DNA of 64,000 nt from Prochlorococcus sp. AG-679-M23 (GTDB taxonomy: Bacteria; Cyanobacteriota; Cyanobacteriia; PCC-6307; Cyanobiaceae), in assembly GCA_003208875.1 (NCBI GenBank), contig QCUR01000002.1, forward strand, positions 224,001 through 288,000. The letters are read 5' to 3'. A program made the position numbers and the translations under genes. The notes beneath the pieces are model-generated. The model was not told where the DNA came from and did no database searches. It was given only the letters and a program-made list of their open reading frames with translations. Positions 1 through 9,997 of the stretch are shown piece by piece. Each line of letters opens with the position of its first letter. The stretch's first letter is position 1.

Positions 1-1
1 A

Positions 2-502
2 TGGGATCCCAATAAAAAGAGTATGGCTAACGTTGGTTGTTGTGCTCAGATAATTAAACATCAAACGGCTGAAGATGGTAGAAGTAATATAATTACTTTG
101 GGACAGCAAAGATTTCAAGTTCTTGAAATTGTACGTTCTACACCTTATTGTTCAGCAATGGTAAGTTGGATTACTGACGAAAATATTGAAAGTTTTCAAA
201 GTTTAGACCTTTTAAGAGATTCAGTCACCGAAGCTTTAAATGATGTTGTTAAATTAACTAGTAAATTGACTAATTCTCAGAAAGTTCTTCCTGAAAAGTT
301 ACCTGAGAACCCCATGGAACTGTCTTTTTGGATCGGTGCTCATCTGGGAGGGCCAGTAGCTGAAGAGCAGCAAAAACTTTTAGAGGAGAGGAACACACAT
401 ACTCGTTTACAAAGAGAGTTTGAAATGTTAGACCATACTAGAAAACAATTAGCAGCTAGAACAGCTTTAAAAGAAAGTTTTCCTGATATCAAAGAAAATT
501 AA
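2..502 (+). CDS. LON peptidase substrate-binding domain protein (5'-truncated by window edge)
   Basis: Frame is open back to base 2 (WDPNKKSMANVGCCAQI...). VGCCA, DGRSNIITLGQQRF and EQQKLLE...RL are typical of the cyanobacterial stand-alone LON N-domain protein. Confidence 0.85.
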   Translation, partial: WDPNKKSMANVGCCAQIIKHQTAEDGRSNIITLGQQRFQVLEIVRSTPYCSAMVSWITDENIESFQSLDLLRDSVTEALNDVVKLTSKLTNSQKVLPEKLPENPMELSFWIGAHLGGPVAEEQQKLLEERNTHTRLQREFEMLDHTRKQLAARTALKESFPDIKEN

Positions 503-1438
503 ATGTCTATTTTTTTAATATCTTCCCTTGTTATATTTTTAACTTTATTATTTTCTTCATTAATACTTTGGAGAATTAATACTAGAAAATATATTTCTTC
601 GAGAACTGTAGCTACAGCATATGATTCCTGGACTCAAGATAAATTACTAGAAAGATTGTGGGGAGAGCATATACATCTAGGTTTCTATCCTCTAAATAAA
701 AATATTGATTTTAGAGAGGCTAAAGTTCAATTTGTACATGAGTTAGTAAGTTGGAGTGGTCTAGATAAATTACCTAGAGGTTCTAGGGTTTTAGATGTCG
801 GATGCGGAATAGGTGGAAGTTCTAGAATTCTTGCGAATTATTATGGATTTAATGTTACCGGAATAACTATTAGTCCAGCTCAAGTAAAAAGAGCAAAAGA
901 ACTTACTCCTTATCAATGTAAATGCAACTTCAAAGTTATGGATGCTTTGGATTTGAAATTTGAAGATGGAACATTTGATGGTGTTTGGAGTGTTGAGGCA
1001 GGAGCCCATATGAATAATAAAACTAAATTTGCAGATCAAATGTTAAGAACTTTAAGACCTGGAGGATATTTAGCATTGGCTGATTGGAATTCAAGAGATT
1101 TACAAAAGCAACCCCCATCCATGCTTGAAAAAATAATTTTAAAACAATTACTTGAACAGTGGGTACATCCTAAATTTATAAGTATCAATGACTTCAGTAA
1201 TATTCTTATAGATAATAAAAATAGTTCGGGTCAAGTTCTATCCTCTAATTGGAATTCTTTTACAAATCCCTCTTGGTTTGATTCAATATTTGAAGGAATG
1301 AGAAGACCTAATGCAATTTTATCCCTAGGTCCAGGAGCAATTATAAAGTCTATTAGAGAGATACCCACAATACTTTTAATGGATTGGGCCTTTAAAAAAG
1401 GTTTAATGGAATTTGGAGTTTATAAATGTAGAGGTTAA
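503..1438 (+). CDS. SAM-dependent methyltransferase, MPBQ/MSBQ methyltransferase type (Sll0418-like; plastoquinone/tocopherol ring methylation)
   Basis: N-terminal TM helix, WGEHIHLG, VLDVGCGIGGSSR (motif I), VWSVEAG, LRPGG; closely resembles the Synechocystis Sll0418 sequence as I recall it. Confidence 0.8.
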   Translation: MSIFLISSLVIFLTLLFSSLILWRINTRKYISSRTVATAYDSWTQDKLLERLWGEHIHLGFYPLNKNIDFREAKVQFVHELVSWSGLDKLPRGSRVLDVGCGIGGSSRILANYYGFNVTGITISPAQVKRAKELTPYQCKCNFKVMDALDLKFEDGTFDGVWSVEAGAHMNNKTKFADQMLRTLRPGGYLALADWNSRDLQKQPPSMLEKIILKQLLEQWVHPKFISINDFSNILIDNKNSSGQVLSSNWNSFTNPSWFDSIFEGMRRPNAILSLGPGAIIKSIREIPTILLMDWAFKKGLMEFGVYKCRG

Positions 1439-2284
1439 TTAGTCTAAATTAATCTTTTCTGATAAATAACATCCAAAGTCGATCAAATGTTTACATAAGG
1501 GTTGTATTTTTTTCTTTAATTTATTAAATGCTTCAATATTAGTTTTATTATTTATTTCAACATCAATATAGATAATATATTCTCCTAGTTCTCTCTTTGA
1601 AGGTCTAGATTCTATTTTACTCATATTGAATCCAAATTCTGCAATATAATTTAAAGCTTCTAGTAAAGCACCAGGATTATTTGAGAGTAATGAGAAGGCA
1701 AAACTTGCAATATTAGCTCTATCTACAATGTACTCTTTACTCAACAATACAAATCTTGTGCAATTACCCGGGACATCATTAATAGGAAATGCTAATTCTT
1801 TAAGTCCTTCTATTTCGATAAGAGATTTCGAACCAATAGCTGCTCTAAATGAGCTTCCTTTTACCATATTCACAGCTTCTGAAGTTGATTTTGTTGATAA
1901 AGTAATAGCATCTGGAAGGTTTTCAGATAGCCATTCTGAGCATTGAGCTAAAGCTTGTGGATGAGATAACACCTCAGATATCTCTGAAATCTTGCCATCA
2001 CTAATTAATGCATGTTTTATTGGCAAAACAATTGCTTTATTTATATTAATATCAGAAAATTTCCAAAGCGCGTCTAAAGTCGTTGTTACTCCTCCTTCAA
2101 CAGAATTCTCAATGGGCACTATTGCCGCATCACAATTGTTGTAGGCTATTGATTTAATAACCGAATACAGCCCGTTACATGGTACAAATAAAGGTGACTT
2201 AAAATTAGCAAGCTTTGACAAAATATGAGCTGCTTTTTCAGCGTATGTCCCTTTAGGGCCTAAATATGCAACTTGTTTGCTCAT
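1439..2284 (-). CDS. pheA: Prephenate dehydratase
   Basis: VAYLGPKGTY, VPIENSVEG, SHPQALAQC, NCTRF and ACT-domain KIESRP motifs. Confidence 0.96.
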   Translation of the reverse strand: MSKQVAYLGPKGTYAEKAAHILSKLANFKSPLFVPCNGLYSVIKSIAYNNCDAAIVPIENSVEGGVTTTLDALWKFSDININKAIVLPIKHALISDGKISEISEVLSHPQALAQCSEWLSENLPDAITLSTKSTSEAVNMVKGSSFRAAIGSKSLIEIEGLKELAFPINDVPGNCTRFVLLSKEYIVDRANIASFAFSLLSNNPGALLEALNYIAEFGFNMSKIESRPSKRELGEYIIYIDVEINNKTNIEAFNKLKKKIQPLCKHLIDFGCYLSEKINLD

Positions 2285-2336
2285 GGTAAATTGTAATAAA
2301 AAAAAAGGTCAAATAAGCATTGGAGGTATATAGAAA

Positions 2337-2855
2337 ATGCTTTTAGCTTTTGATGCAAAACAGAAACTTAAACTTTCTGTTACGAGGAATAAAGAATATC
2401 TTTCTAAATATCTTTTAGAGGAAGAAAGAGTTGTTGGAGCAATGCTAGACCCAAATAAATTAGAACCTGAAGGGGAGGGGATGTATAAGTATACTGTAAC
2501 AAGTTTCAAGGTTTTTCAATTAGATGTTAAACCTGTTGTATCAATTGCAGTTGAGAATAATGAGGGTGTTTTAAAAATGAGTGCACTTGATAGTACATTA
2601 GATGGTTTAGGCATGGTTGAAGACTTTAATTTAATTTTGAAAGCAAATTTGGAGGCGACTGATTTTGGGTTAGAAGGTGAAGCTTTACTCGGAGTTTCAG
2701 TAAGTCAACCGCCTCTTTTGAAACTTTTGCCAAAGAAAATTTTAGAATCTACAGGTCATTCAGTATTGAATGGAATTTTATTAGGAATAAAATCTAGAGT
2801 TCAACAACAATTAATAAAAGATTTTGTTAATTGGTGTGAATTAAATCAGATTTAA
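2337..2855 (+). CDS. DUF1997 family conserved cyanobacterial protein
   Basis: 172-aa ORF ending [24 protein letters not shown]...[10 protein letters not shown]; position between pheA and rnhB. Confidence 0.75.
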   Translation: MLLAFDAKQKLKLSVTRNKEYLSKYLLEEERVVGAMLDPNKLEPEGEGMYKYTVTSFKVFQLDVKPVVSIAVENNEGVLKMSALDSTLDGLGMVEDFNLILKANLEATDFGLEGEALLGVSVSQPPLLKLLPKKILESTGHSVLNGILLGIKSRVQQQLIKDFVNWCELNQI

Positions 2856-3470
2856 CTTATTCAAGAAACTTTTTCTATGGAGATTTGTTAGTCCATTTTC
2901 TTTAAGACTTGAAAAATGTTGTTTGGTACCATATCCTTTATTTTTAAATATGAAATATCCAGGATATTTGCTTTCTAATCTTTCCATCAAAGAGTCACGC
3001 ATTACTTTGGCAATTATGCTTGCAGTAGCTATTGAAATAAATTTAGAATCACCTGAAATAATATTTCTTTGATTACCCTCCCAAAGTCTTAATGGTAATG
3101 GCCCGTCAATTAATAGTTCAGATGGCATATGTTTTAACTTTTTAACTGCTCTAATCATTGAAAGTTCAGTTGCATGCCTTATCCCCAACAAATCTATTTC
3201 TCTTACTGAAGACTGCCCTAAACCGTAATCTGATGATAATGCAATAATTTTAGGAAAAACATCTTTTCTTTTTTTTGGAGTTAATTTTTTACTATCATTA
3301 ACTCCTAATTTCTTGAGAGTTAATCCACTTTTCTTAGAAAGAACTACAGCAGCAGAAAATACAGGTCCAAAAACCGAACCACGACCTACTTCGTCAATAC
3401 CTATCTCAGAATCTTTATTCAATGTTTGCAGATGATCTTCTTCTTTTTCTTCTTGAATTATCCATTTCAT
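2841..3470 (-). CDS. rnhB: Ribonuclease HII
   Basis: [35 protein letters not shown] motifs. Confidence 0.96.
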   Translation of the reverse strand: MKWIIQEEKEEDHLQTLNKDSEIGIDEVGRGSVFGPVFSAAVVLSKKSGLTLKKLGVNDSKKLTPKKRKDVFPKIIALSSDYGLGQSSVREIDLLGIRHATELSMIRAVKKLKHMPSELLIDGPLPLRLWEGNQRNIISGDSKFISIATASIIAKVMRDSLMERLESKYPGYFIFKNKGYGTKQHFSSLKENGLTNLHRKSFLNKLNLI

Positions 3471-5232
3471 CTGTTGTTTCTATTTCTTCGTTCTCATTTG
3501 TTACTTTTGGCAATTTTTTGTCGGGATTCACTTCTTTAGAGTAATCCGCTTCAACCTCTTCTTTTGAATTAAAAGTTGAGGTTATTTTATTTGTATTTTT
3601 ACTTGTAACTTTATTATTTGTTTTTACATTTTGCTCAGAAACATCTTTTTCCTTGTTCTTAACATCTTCCAAACGTGCTAGGTGATTACTACTTAGATAT
3701 TCCTTTCCTAATTTAATTAATGGATTAATACCTAATTGGCTGTAAACAATTTTTTCATCACTACTAAGCTCAACAGTGATTACTTTCTTTTCTCTACGAT
3801 TGTTTGTATTATTTAATTCATTATCATTCCCCCTTTTATTGGAATGATCATCGTCTTTATTGGTATTTTTGGTTTTAGTTAACTCTTCCCTAATGATCGT
3901 TTCCTGATTTTCAATTAATTGAAAGGGAGTTAAATCTGAGATTTTAGGGTCATTTAATTTACTGGATTTTTTTCCATTTTGATTAGTTTTTAAAGAAATA
4001 TTTTTATGATTTGGTAATTTTTCTATATGCCCTAATCCATTGCAGTTAGTACATTTAGTGCCAAATAATTCATAAATATTTTGACCTTGTCTTTTTCTTG
4101 TTAATTCAACTAAACCTAACTCAGTTAATTGAGCTATCTGTGGCCTTGCTGAATCATCTTTAATGGCTAAAGTAAAATGTTCAAGTAACTGAAATTGATC
4201 TCTTCGAGATTCCATATCTATAAAATCTATAACTAAAACTCCCCCAATATTTCTTAATTTCATTTGCCTAGAAATTTCTATAGCTGCTTCACAATTCGTC
4301 CATAAAACAGTTTGTCTTGAATTAGCTGATCTTGTGAAAGATCCAGAATTAACGTCAATTACTGTCAATGCTTCAGTAGGTTCAATAATTATGTAACCTC
4401 CTGAAGGTAAATCTACTCTTGGCTGAAGTGCCTTTTGAATAGTTTTATTAATGTGGTATTTTTCTAAAATATGTTCATTTATTTCATTATTGTGAAAAAC
4501 AAGATCCAAATTAGAGTCATTATTAACTAAAAAGTCTTTTGCTTTTTCGAGAGCGATTTTATCATCAATTACAATTTTAATAGTTGATGATTTGATACAA
4601 TCTCTTAAAATTTTTAATGAAAAATTCTCATCTCTATTTATTAAATTTGGTGGATGAGTACTTTCTGAATTTTTTAATACTTGATCCCATTGTTGAATTA
4701 AATTTTCTAAATCTTCAATAAGTAATTCTTCTTTGATTTGTTCTGCTTCAGTTCGAAATAATAATCCTGTGCTAGGCGGTTTGATTAAAACTCCAAGAGC
4801 TCTTAAACGACTTCTTTCAGTCTCAGTGTTTATCTTCCTAGAAATATTGACTCCTTGTCCATATGGTTGCAGTATCAAATATTTTCCAGGTAATGAGATA
4901 TTACCTGTAAGTCTAGGTCCTTTATTTCCAGTAGGTTCTTTCATTACTTGCACGAGAACTTTTTGTTTTGGTTCAAGAAGTTCAGTAATTCCTACAACAC
5001 CTTTTTTTAATCTTAATGGACCTAGATCTGATACATGAATAAAGCCATTTTTTTCACTTTCTCCAATATCTATAAAGGCAGCATCAATACCTGGAAGAAC
5101 ATTTTCTACAGTTCCTAAAAAAATATCCCCGATTTGATATTGACCTTGTGCGACGATTAATTCATCAACTTGATCATCTGTGAGTAGTGCTGCAATACGC
5201 GCCTGCTCAGCTATTACAATTTGCTGAGACAT
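3415..5232 (-). CDS. rne: Ribonuclease E (Rne/Rng family)
   Basis: S1 domain, IDVNSG, RNIGG.IDFIDM, ELTRKR, CxxC Zn-link, disordered tail ending RRKRRRSSA. Confidence 0.96.
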   Translation of the reverse strand: MSQQIVIAEQARIAALLTDDQVDELIVAQGQYQIGDIFLGTVENVLPGIDAAFIDIGESEKNGFIHVSDLGPLRLKKGVVGITELLEPKQKVLVQVMKEPTGNKGPRLTGNISLPGKYLILQPYGQGVNISRKINTETERSRLRALGVLIKPPSTGLLFRTEAEQIKEELLIEDLENLIQQWDQVLKNSESTHPPNLINRDENFSLKILRDCIKSSTIKIVIDDKIALEKAKDFLVNNDSNLDLVFHNNEINEHILEKYHINKTIQKALQPRVDLPSGGYIIIEPTEALTVIDVNSGSFTRSANSRQTVLWTNCEAAIEISRQMKLRNIGGVLVIDFIDMESRRDQFQLLEHFTLAIKDDSARPQIAQLTELGLVELTRKRQGQNIYELFGTKCTNCNGLGHIEKLPNHKNISLKTNQNGKKSSKLNDPKISDLTPFQLIENQETIIREELTKTKNTNKDDDHSNKRGNDNELNNTNNRREKKVITVELSSDEKIVYSQLGINPLIKLGKEYLSSNHLARLEDVKNKEKDVSEQNVKTNNKVTSKNTNKITSTFNSKEEVEADYSKEVNPDKKLPKVTNENEEIETTDEMDNSRRKRRRSSANIE

Positions 5233-5533
5233 AAAATGTTTTAAAGTATGTTTTGAATTTTTTGAAAATCGATAAAAAGTAAATAATTACATATTTAATT
5301 ATTCTTTAGCAATTTCTTGAAAGCTTAATTTATTAGATTTTTAAAATAATTAGTAGGAGTTTGACTTGCTAAGTGTTTTAGTTTTAGACGACTTTCAAAC
5401 GATTTGAAATTGATTAAATAGCTATGATTATTTCTTTAATTAAATCATAACCACTTTTATATTAACATCTAATTCCCGCTTAAGTACATTGTCCATTATT
5501 CTTATGTAGGTTAAGTTTAGAAATTTTTTTAAA

Positions 5534-6760
5534 GTGGTTAAAGTCAACGAAAATTATTTAAAACTCAAAGCAGGATATTTATTTCCTGAAATTTCAAAAA
5601 GAGTTAACAACTATACTAAAGCTAATAGCAGTTCGAAAGTCATTAAGCTTGGAATAGGCGATGTAACGGAGCCGCTACCTAAAGCTTGTGTTAATGCTAT
5701 GGGGGAAGCATTAAATGAAATGGGAACAAATAACGGATTTAAAGGTTACGGCCCAGAGCAAGGATATGGATGGCTTAGGGAAAAAATTTCTGTAAATGAT
5801 TTTATTTCAAGAGGGTGTCAAATCTCTTCGGAAGAAATATTTGTTTCTGATGGTTCAAAATGCGATAGTAGCAATATTTTAGATATTCTTGGGGATGATA
5901 ATTTAATTGCCGTAACTGATCCGGTTTATCCTGTTTATGTCGATACTAATGTGATGACTGGGAGAACAGGAGAAACACTTCAAAATGGTACTTATCAAGG
6001 GTTAGTATATTTAGCGATTAATGAAGAAAATAATTTTCAACCTGAAATCCCAAAAAAGAAAGTTGACATTGTTTATCTTTGTTTTCCAAATAATCCAACT
6101 GGGGCAACAATTACAAAACAAGAATTGAAAAAATGGGTTGATTATGCTATCGAAAACAAGTCTTTGATTCTTTTCGATGCAGCTTATGAAGCTTTTATTC
6201 AAGATAAAAATATTCCTCATTCAATATATGAGATTGAGGGGGCAAAAAATTGTGCTATCGAATTTAGATCTTTCTCAAAAAATGCAGGATTTACTGGAGT
6301 TCGATGCGCTTATACAGTAATACCAAAAAATCTATCAGGACAAAATTCAAAAGGGGATAAAATTGATTTATGGTCATTATGGAATAGGCGTCAATGTACT
6401 AAATTTAATGGAGTTAGCTATATCGTACAAAGAGGAGCTGAGGCGGTATATTCTTCGCAAGGTAAAAAAGAGGTTAATTCTTTAATTGACTTTTATATGA
6501 AAAATGCAGAAATTATGCAAAATAAGCTCAGAAGTGCAGGTTTTAAAGTTTATGGAGGTGATAATGCACCATATGTTTGGATAAAAGTACCAGATAGAAT
6601 GACTTCTTGGGACTTTTTTGATTATTTACTTGAAAAAGCTGATGTCGTAGGCACCCCAGGAAGTGGATTTGGATTGGCGGGTGAGGGCTATTTTCGATTA
6701 TCTGCTTTCAATTCAAGATTGAATGTTAATAATGCAATGGAACGAATAATTAATATATAA
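5534..6760 (+). CDS. dapL: LL-diaminopimelate aminotransferase
   Basis: GTG start; [41 protein letters not shown] (PLP lysine). Confidence 0.96.
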   Translation: MVKVNENYLKLKAGYLFPEISKRVNNYTKANSSSKVIKLGIGDVTEPLPKACVNAMGEALNEMGTNNGFKGYGPEQGYGWLREKISVNDFISRGCQISSEEIFVSDGSKCDSSNILDILGDDNLIAVTDPVYPVYVDTNVMTGRTGETLQNGTYQGLVYLAINEENNFQPEIPKKKVDIVYLCFPNNPTGATITKQELKKWVDYAIENKSLILFDAAYEAFIQDKNIPHSIYEIEGAKNCAIEFRSFSKNAGFTGVRCAYTVIPKNLSGQNSKGDKIDLWSLWNRRQCTKFNGVSYIVQRGAEAVYSSQGKKEVNSLIDFYMKNAEIMQNKLRSAGFKVYGGDNAPYVWIKVPDRMTSWDFFDYLLEKADVVGTPGSGFGLAGEGYFRLSAFNSRLNVNNAMERIINI

Positions 6761-6798
6761 TAATTAATAGATTTTCTTGTAATTACAATCAAAAAGTA

Positions 6799-7116
6799 AT
6801 GTCAAATATAAAGTTTGAAAAAGGGGAAAATAATAACACAGCAGTGTTGGAGAAAAAAACAGCTGCGTTAAAAAACAAATCACCAAAATACAAAGTTTTA
6901 CTTCATAATGATCCAGTTAATTCAATGGAGTATGTCACTAATGCACTTAGAGAAGTAGTACCACAACTAAGCGAACAAGATGCTATTTCTATTATGCTTG
7001 AAGCTCATAATACTGGTGTTGGTTTAGTTATCATATGTGATTTAGAGCCGGCTGAATTTTATTCAGAATCTTTGAAATCAAAAGGGATATCAAGTTCCAT
7101 TGAAAAAGAAGATTAA
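6799..7116 (+). CDS. clpS: ATP-dependent Clp protease adaptor ClpS
   Basis: YKVLLHNDPVNSMEYV and MLEAHNTG motifs. Confidence 0.95.
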   Translation: MSNIKFEKGENNNTAVLEKKTAALKNKSPKYKVLLHNDPVNSMEYVTNALREVVPQLSEQDAISIMLEAHNTGVGLVIICDLEPAEFYSESLKSKGISSSIEKED

Positions 7117-7151
7117 TTATCTTCTTTTTAATGAATTAGTTTTAAATACTT

Positions 7152-8771
7152 TTAAACTTTTGCTGCAGTAAGCTTTCTTTCTGCTAGTTTACGAACTTTT
7201 AAAGAATCATCTAAGGATGATTTACCATAATTTCTTTCCAAAATATTAATAACTGTTTTTCCAAATTCGTCATCTTTATTATCAAAAGCTTCTAAACATA
7301 CCTCTCCAAGTTTTTTACCAAGAGGACCAGGATTCCATAAAAGTTTTCTTGCTGTCCAAGGCATCATACTCATTGGATTATAACTAGGTTTTAATATATT
7401 ATTTTCTATAGCGTACTTTTCTAAAAGAGTATGTGGTTGTAAACCTATAAAAAATATTGCTGGATCTACTAAACCTTTTCCAAAGATATTTTCTAGTTCT
7501 CTATGATAAGCAATAGTTTGTTTAATTGTATTAGGGGTTTCATCAAAAACATTAAATGAATAATTCACTGAAACATGATTTCTAAACCCTGCCTCAACAA
7601 GCAATCTACAATTTTCAAGAACAGTTTTAAGGTTATATGCTAATCTCATTTTTCTAACAAGTTCTTGAGATCCTGATGTAATCCCGATCTCAAAATAACT
7701 CATTCCTGTATCAACCATTAATTGAGCTAATTCACGGTCAATATTATCGGCCCTAATATATGCAGCCCACTTAAGATCAGTCCAACCCTGGTCTTTTATG
7801 GCTTGAAGAAGTAATTTCGCATCTTGAATATGATTTTTTGTTGGAATGAATTGAGCATCAGTAAACCAAAAACCTCTAACGCCCATCTCATAAAGTTGCT
7901 TCATTTCTTCAATAATTTCATTTACGGGATTAACTCGAACTTTTTTACCCTCTACAACTCCATAAACGCAAAAACAACAATTATGTGGACAACCTCTTTT
8001 GGTTTGAACTCCTACATAATAATCACCACCTTCTATGTACCAATCGAATTCAGCCCAAATAGATTGAATATATTTATAGTTACAAGCTGTTTTAATTGTT
8101 CCGGATGGCTGTTCATGTATTAATTTATTTCTAGGTTTTTGCCCAGCAAGATAACATCTTTCTTTGATAATAGAATCACCCTTAATAACTTTTTCGATAA
8201 GGTTTTCACCTTCTCCAACAGAGATTATTGTACCTTTGGGTAATAGTTCACCTAGCTGTTCGTAGAAAACGCTTACAGCTCCTCCTCCTAAAATTACTTT
8301 TACAGATTTGTTATATTTCTGAGCTCTATTGAGACCCATCTTAACTAAGGATGTATTTCTATTTATTTCTTCATAATGTGATGTTATTAATTTTAGACCT
8401 CCCCAAGCACCTCTAATTTTTTTAAAAATATTATTCGAGTAAAAAACTTCAAATGAGTTCTGTAAAGGGTTGCCGCTTCTCCCGTCAACTGGTGCGTATA
8501 TTTGTATGTCCCTCCAAGAATAAACGATTAGGTGAGGTCTGAATTGGTCAATTTTTCTTCTTAGATATATAGAAACTTTATTTAGAGGTACTATTGCTAA
8601 ATCTATGAATTGTTGTTCTATCTCTGGGAAACACTTATGAATATGATCCGCTAAATAAATGGGACCTATTGGAAATATTGGGTTGCAGGGGAGTCTAACA
8701 ATAAGAACTTTTTTAAAAGATTCTCTATTTAGCTCTTTATCAATATTTTTTAAAGGAAAGTTAAAATCCAT
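7152..8771 (-). CDS. B12-binding radical SAM protein (Slr0320-like, photosystem II high-light acclimation radical SAM family)
   Basis: QTKRGCPHNCCFC (CxxxCxxC), RLPCNPIFPIGPIYLADH N-terminus, adjacent to clpS. Confidence 0.85.
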   Translation of the reverse strand: MDFNFPLKNIDKELNRESFKKVLIVRLPCNPIFPIGPIYLADHIHKCFPEIEQQFIDLAIVPLNKVSIYLRRKIDQFRPHLIVYSWRDIQIYAPVDGRSGNPLQNSFEVFYSNNIFKKIRGAWGGLKLITSHYEEINRNTSLVKMGLNRAQKYNKSVKVILGGGAVSVFYEQLGELLPKGTIISVGEGENLIEKVIKGDSIIKERCYLAGQKPRNKLIHEQPSGTIKTACNYKYIQSIWAEFDWYIEGGDYYVGVQTKRGCPHNCCFCVYGVVEGKKVRVNPVNEIIEEMKQLYEMGVRGFWFTDAQFIPTKNHIQDAKLLLQAIKDQGWTDLKWAAYIRADNIDRELAQLMVDTGMSYFEIGITSGSQELVRKMRLAYNLKTVLENCRLLVEAGFRNHVSVNYSFNVFDETPNTIKQTIAYHRELENIFGKGLVDPAIFFIGLQPHTLLEKYAIENNILKPSYNPMSMMPWTARKLLWNPGPLGKKLGEVCLEAFDNKDDEFGKTVINILERNYGKSSLDDSLKVRKLAERKLTAAKV

Positions 8772-8870
8772 AAAAAAGATTTTAAATGATCTTATGTGAA
8801 GAATCTAACTATTTTATTACCCTTTCGGTGATTTTTAATTAAATTCTAAAAAAATTGAACTCTTTTTTAG

Positions 8871-9962
8871 TTAGATGTCTGAAATCATATATTTCCAACA
8901 AACATTTAGAAGTTTAATGCCATCTATCCATCTTGATATATTTGGTGCTCCAGACCGCCTTGCATAATATCTGACAGGGTAATTTAAGATTTTAATATTA
9001 TTATTTGCCGCCTCAAAGATTATTGTAAAATCGCCAAAAGGATCTGACTTTGATTCCCAACTACCATTTTTTTTCATCAAATTAAAAAACTTCCTCGAGA
9101 AAACTTTTGTTCCACATAGCGAATCAGATATGGGCTTGTTTATTAAAATTGATAAAAATATTGCAAAACATCTATTGCCAATATAATTTGCCCATCTCAT
9201 GGCATCTTTTTCCATCGGAAAAGTTGTTCTAGAACAATTTACAAGTATATTTTCATTTTTCGTTGATTCCATTATGGCATCGATACTATCGTCAATATCT
9301 ACGGTTAAGTCAGAATCAATAATTGCTAGAGTATCTCCAGTTGATATATTAAATCCCTCAACAACAGCGTTTTTCTTTCCCTTTGAAGTTTGTTTTAAAA
9401 GAGATATTTTAAAGTTTTTTGAAAAGTCTTTAGTAAGATTTTCCAACATTTGAAAAGTATTATCTTTACTATTTCCTTCTACAAATATTATTTCGATTTT
9501 ATTTGGTATTTTTTTAAATTTATTTAAGGCTTTGATTAAAAGTTCTTTATTGCCTTCTTCATTTCTTGCAGGAATAAGTATTGAAATCATAGGATCATTT
9601 AAATTTTCATGATATTTGTAAAATATGATTTCTATTTCAAATGCAAGGTGCTTAATTATTGGTAACTTACGTAAAGAATTTTTTATAGACTGGGGAACTA
9701 ATTTGGTTTGTATTGGAGTTAATTTTTTTGCTTTCCATCTGATAGATCTGTAATTATAGATTTCTGCTAATGATTCAACATCACATAAAGTAATTCTTGC
9801 TGTATTTGTTGTTCCCCTAAATATTCTGGAATCTAATTTCAGCCATCTTGTAATTGGTTCCCAAGTATTACCTCTTACTTTAAGAGAAATAAATTCATTA
9901 TTATCCTTAAATAATTGGTGGAGTTTATTATTTGTTAAATTCCAGGTATTTACTGATTTCAT
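8871..9962 (-). CDS. Glycosyltransferase family 2 protein with extra ~120-aa N-terminal segment
   Basis: ISILIPARNEEGN, IIFVEGNSKDNT, IIDSDLTV (DxD), DSLCGTKV, DPFGDF motifs. Confidence 0.9.
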   Translation of the reverse strand: MKSVNTWNLTNNKLHQLFKDNNEFISLKVRGNTWEPITRWLKLDSRIFRGTTNTARITLCDVESLAEIYNYRSIRWKAKKLTPIQTKLVPQSIKNSLRKLPIIKHLAFEIEIIFYKYHENLNDPMISILIPARNEEGNKELLIKALNKFKKIPNKIEIIFVEGNSKDNTFQMLENLTKDFSKNFKISLLKQTSKGKKNAVVEGFNISTGDTLAIIDSDLTVDIDDSIDAIMESTKNENILVNCSRTTFPMEKDAMRWANYIGNRCFAIFLSILINKPISDSLCGTKVFSRKFFNLMKKNGSWESKSDPFGDFTIIFEAANNNIKILNYPVRYYARRSGAPNISRWIDGIKLLNVCWKYMISDI

Positions 9963-9997
9963 TTTTTAAAAATTTGACCAAGTTTAATATTAACCTA

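Noticed and set aside
8772..8870. Possible att duplication of the tRNA 3' end at the far side of the GT islet (shared AATTGAAC)
   Set aside because: An 8-nt AT-rich match is expected by chance, and there is no integrase.
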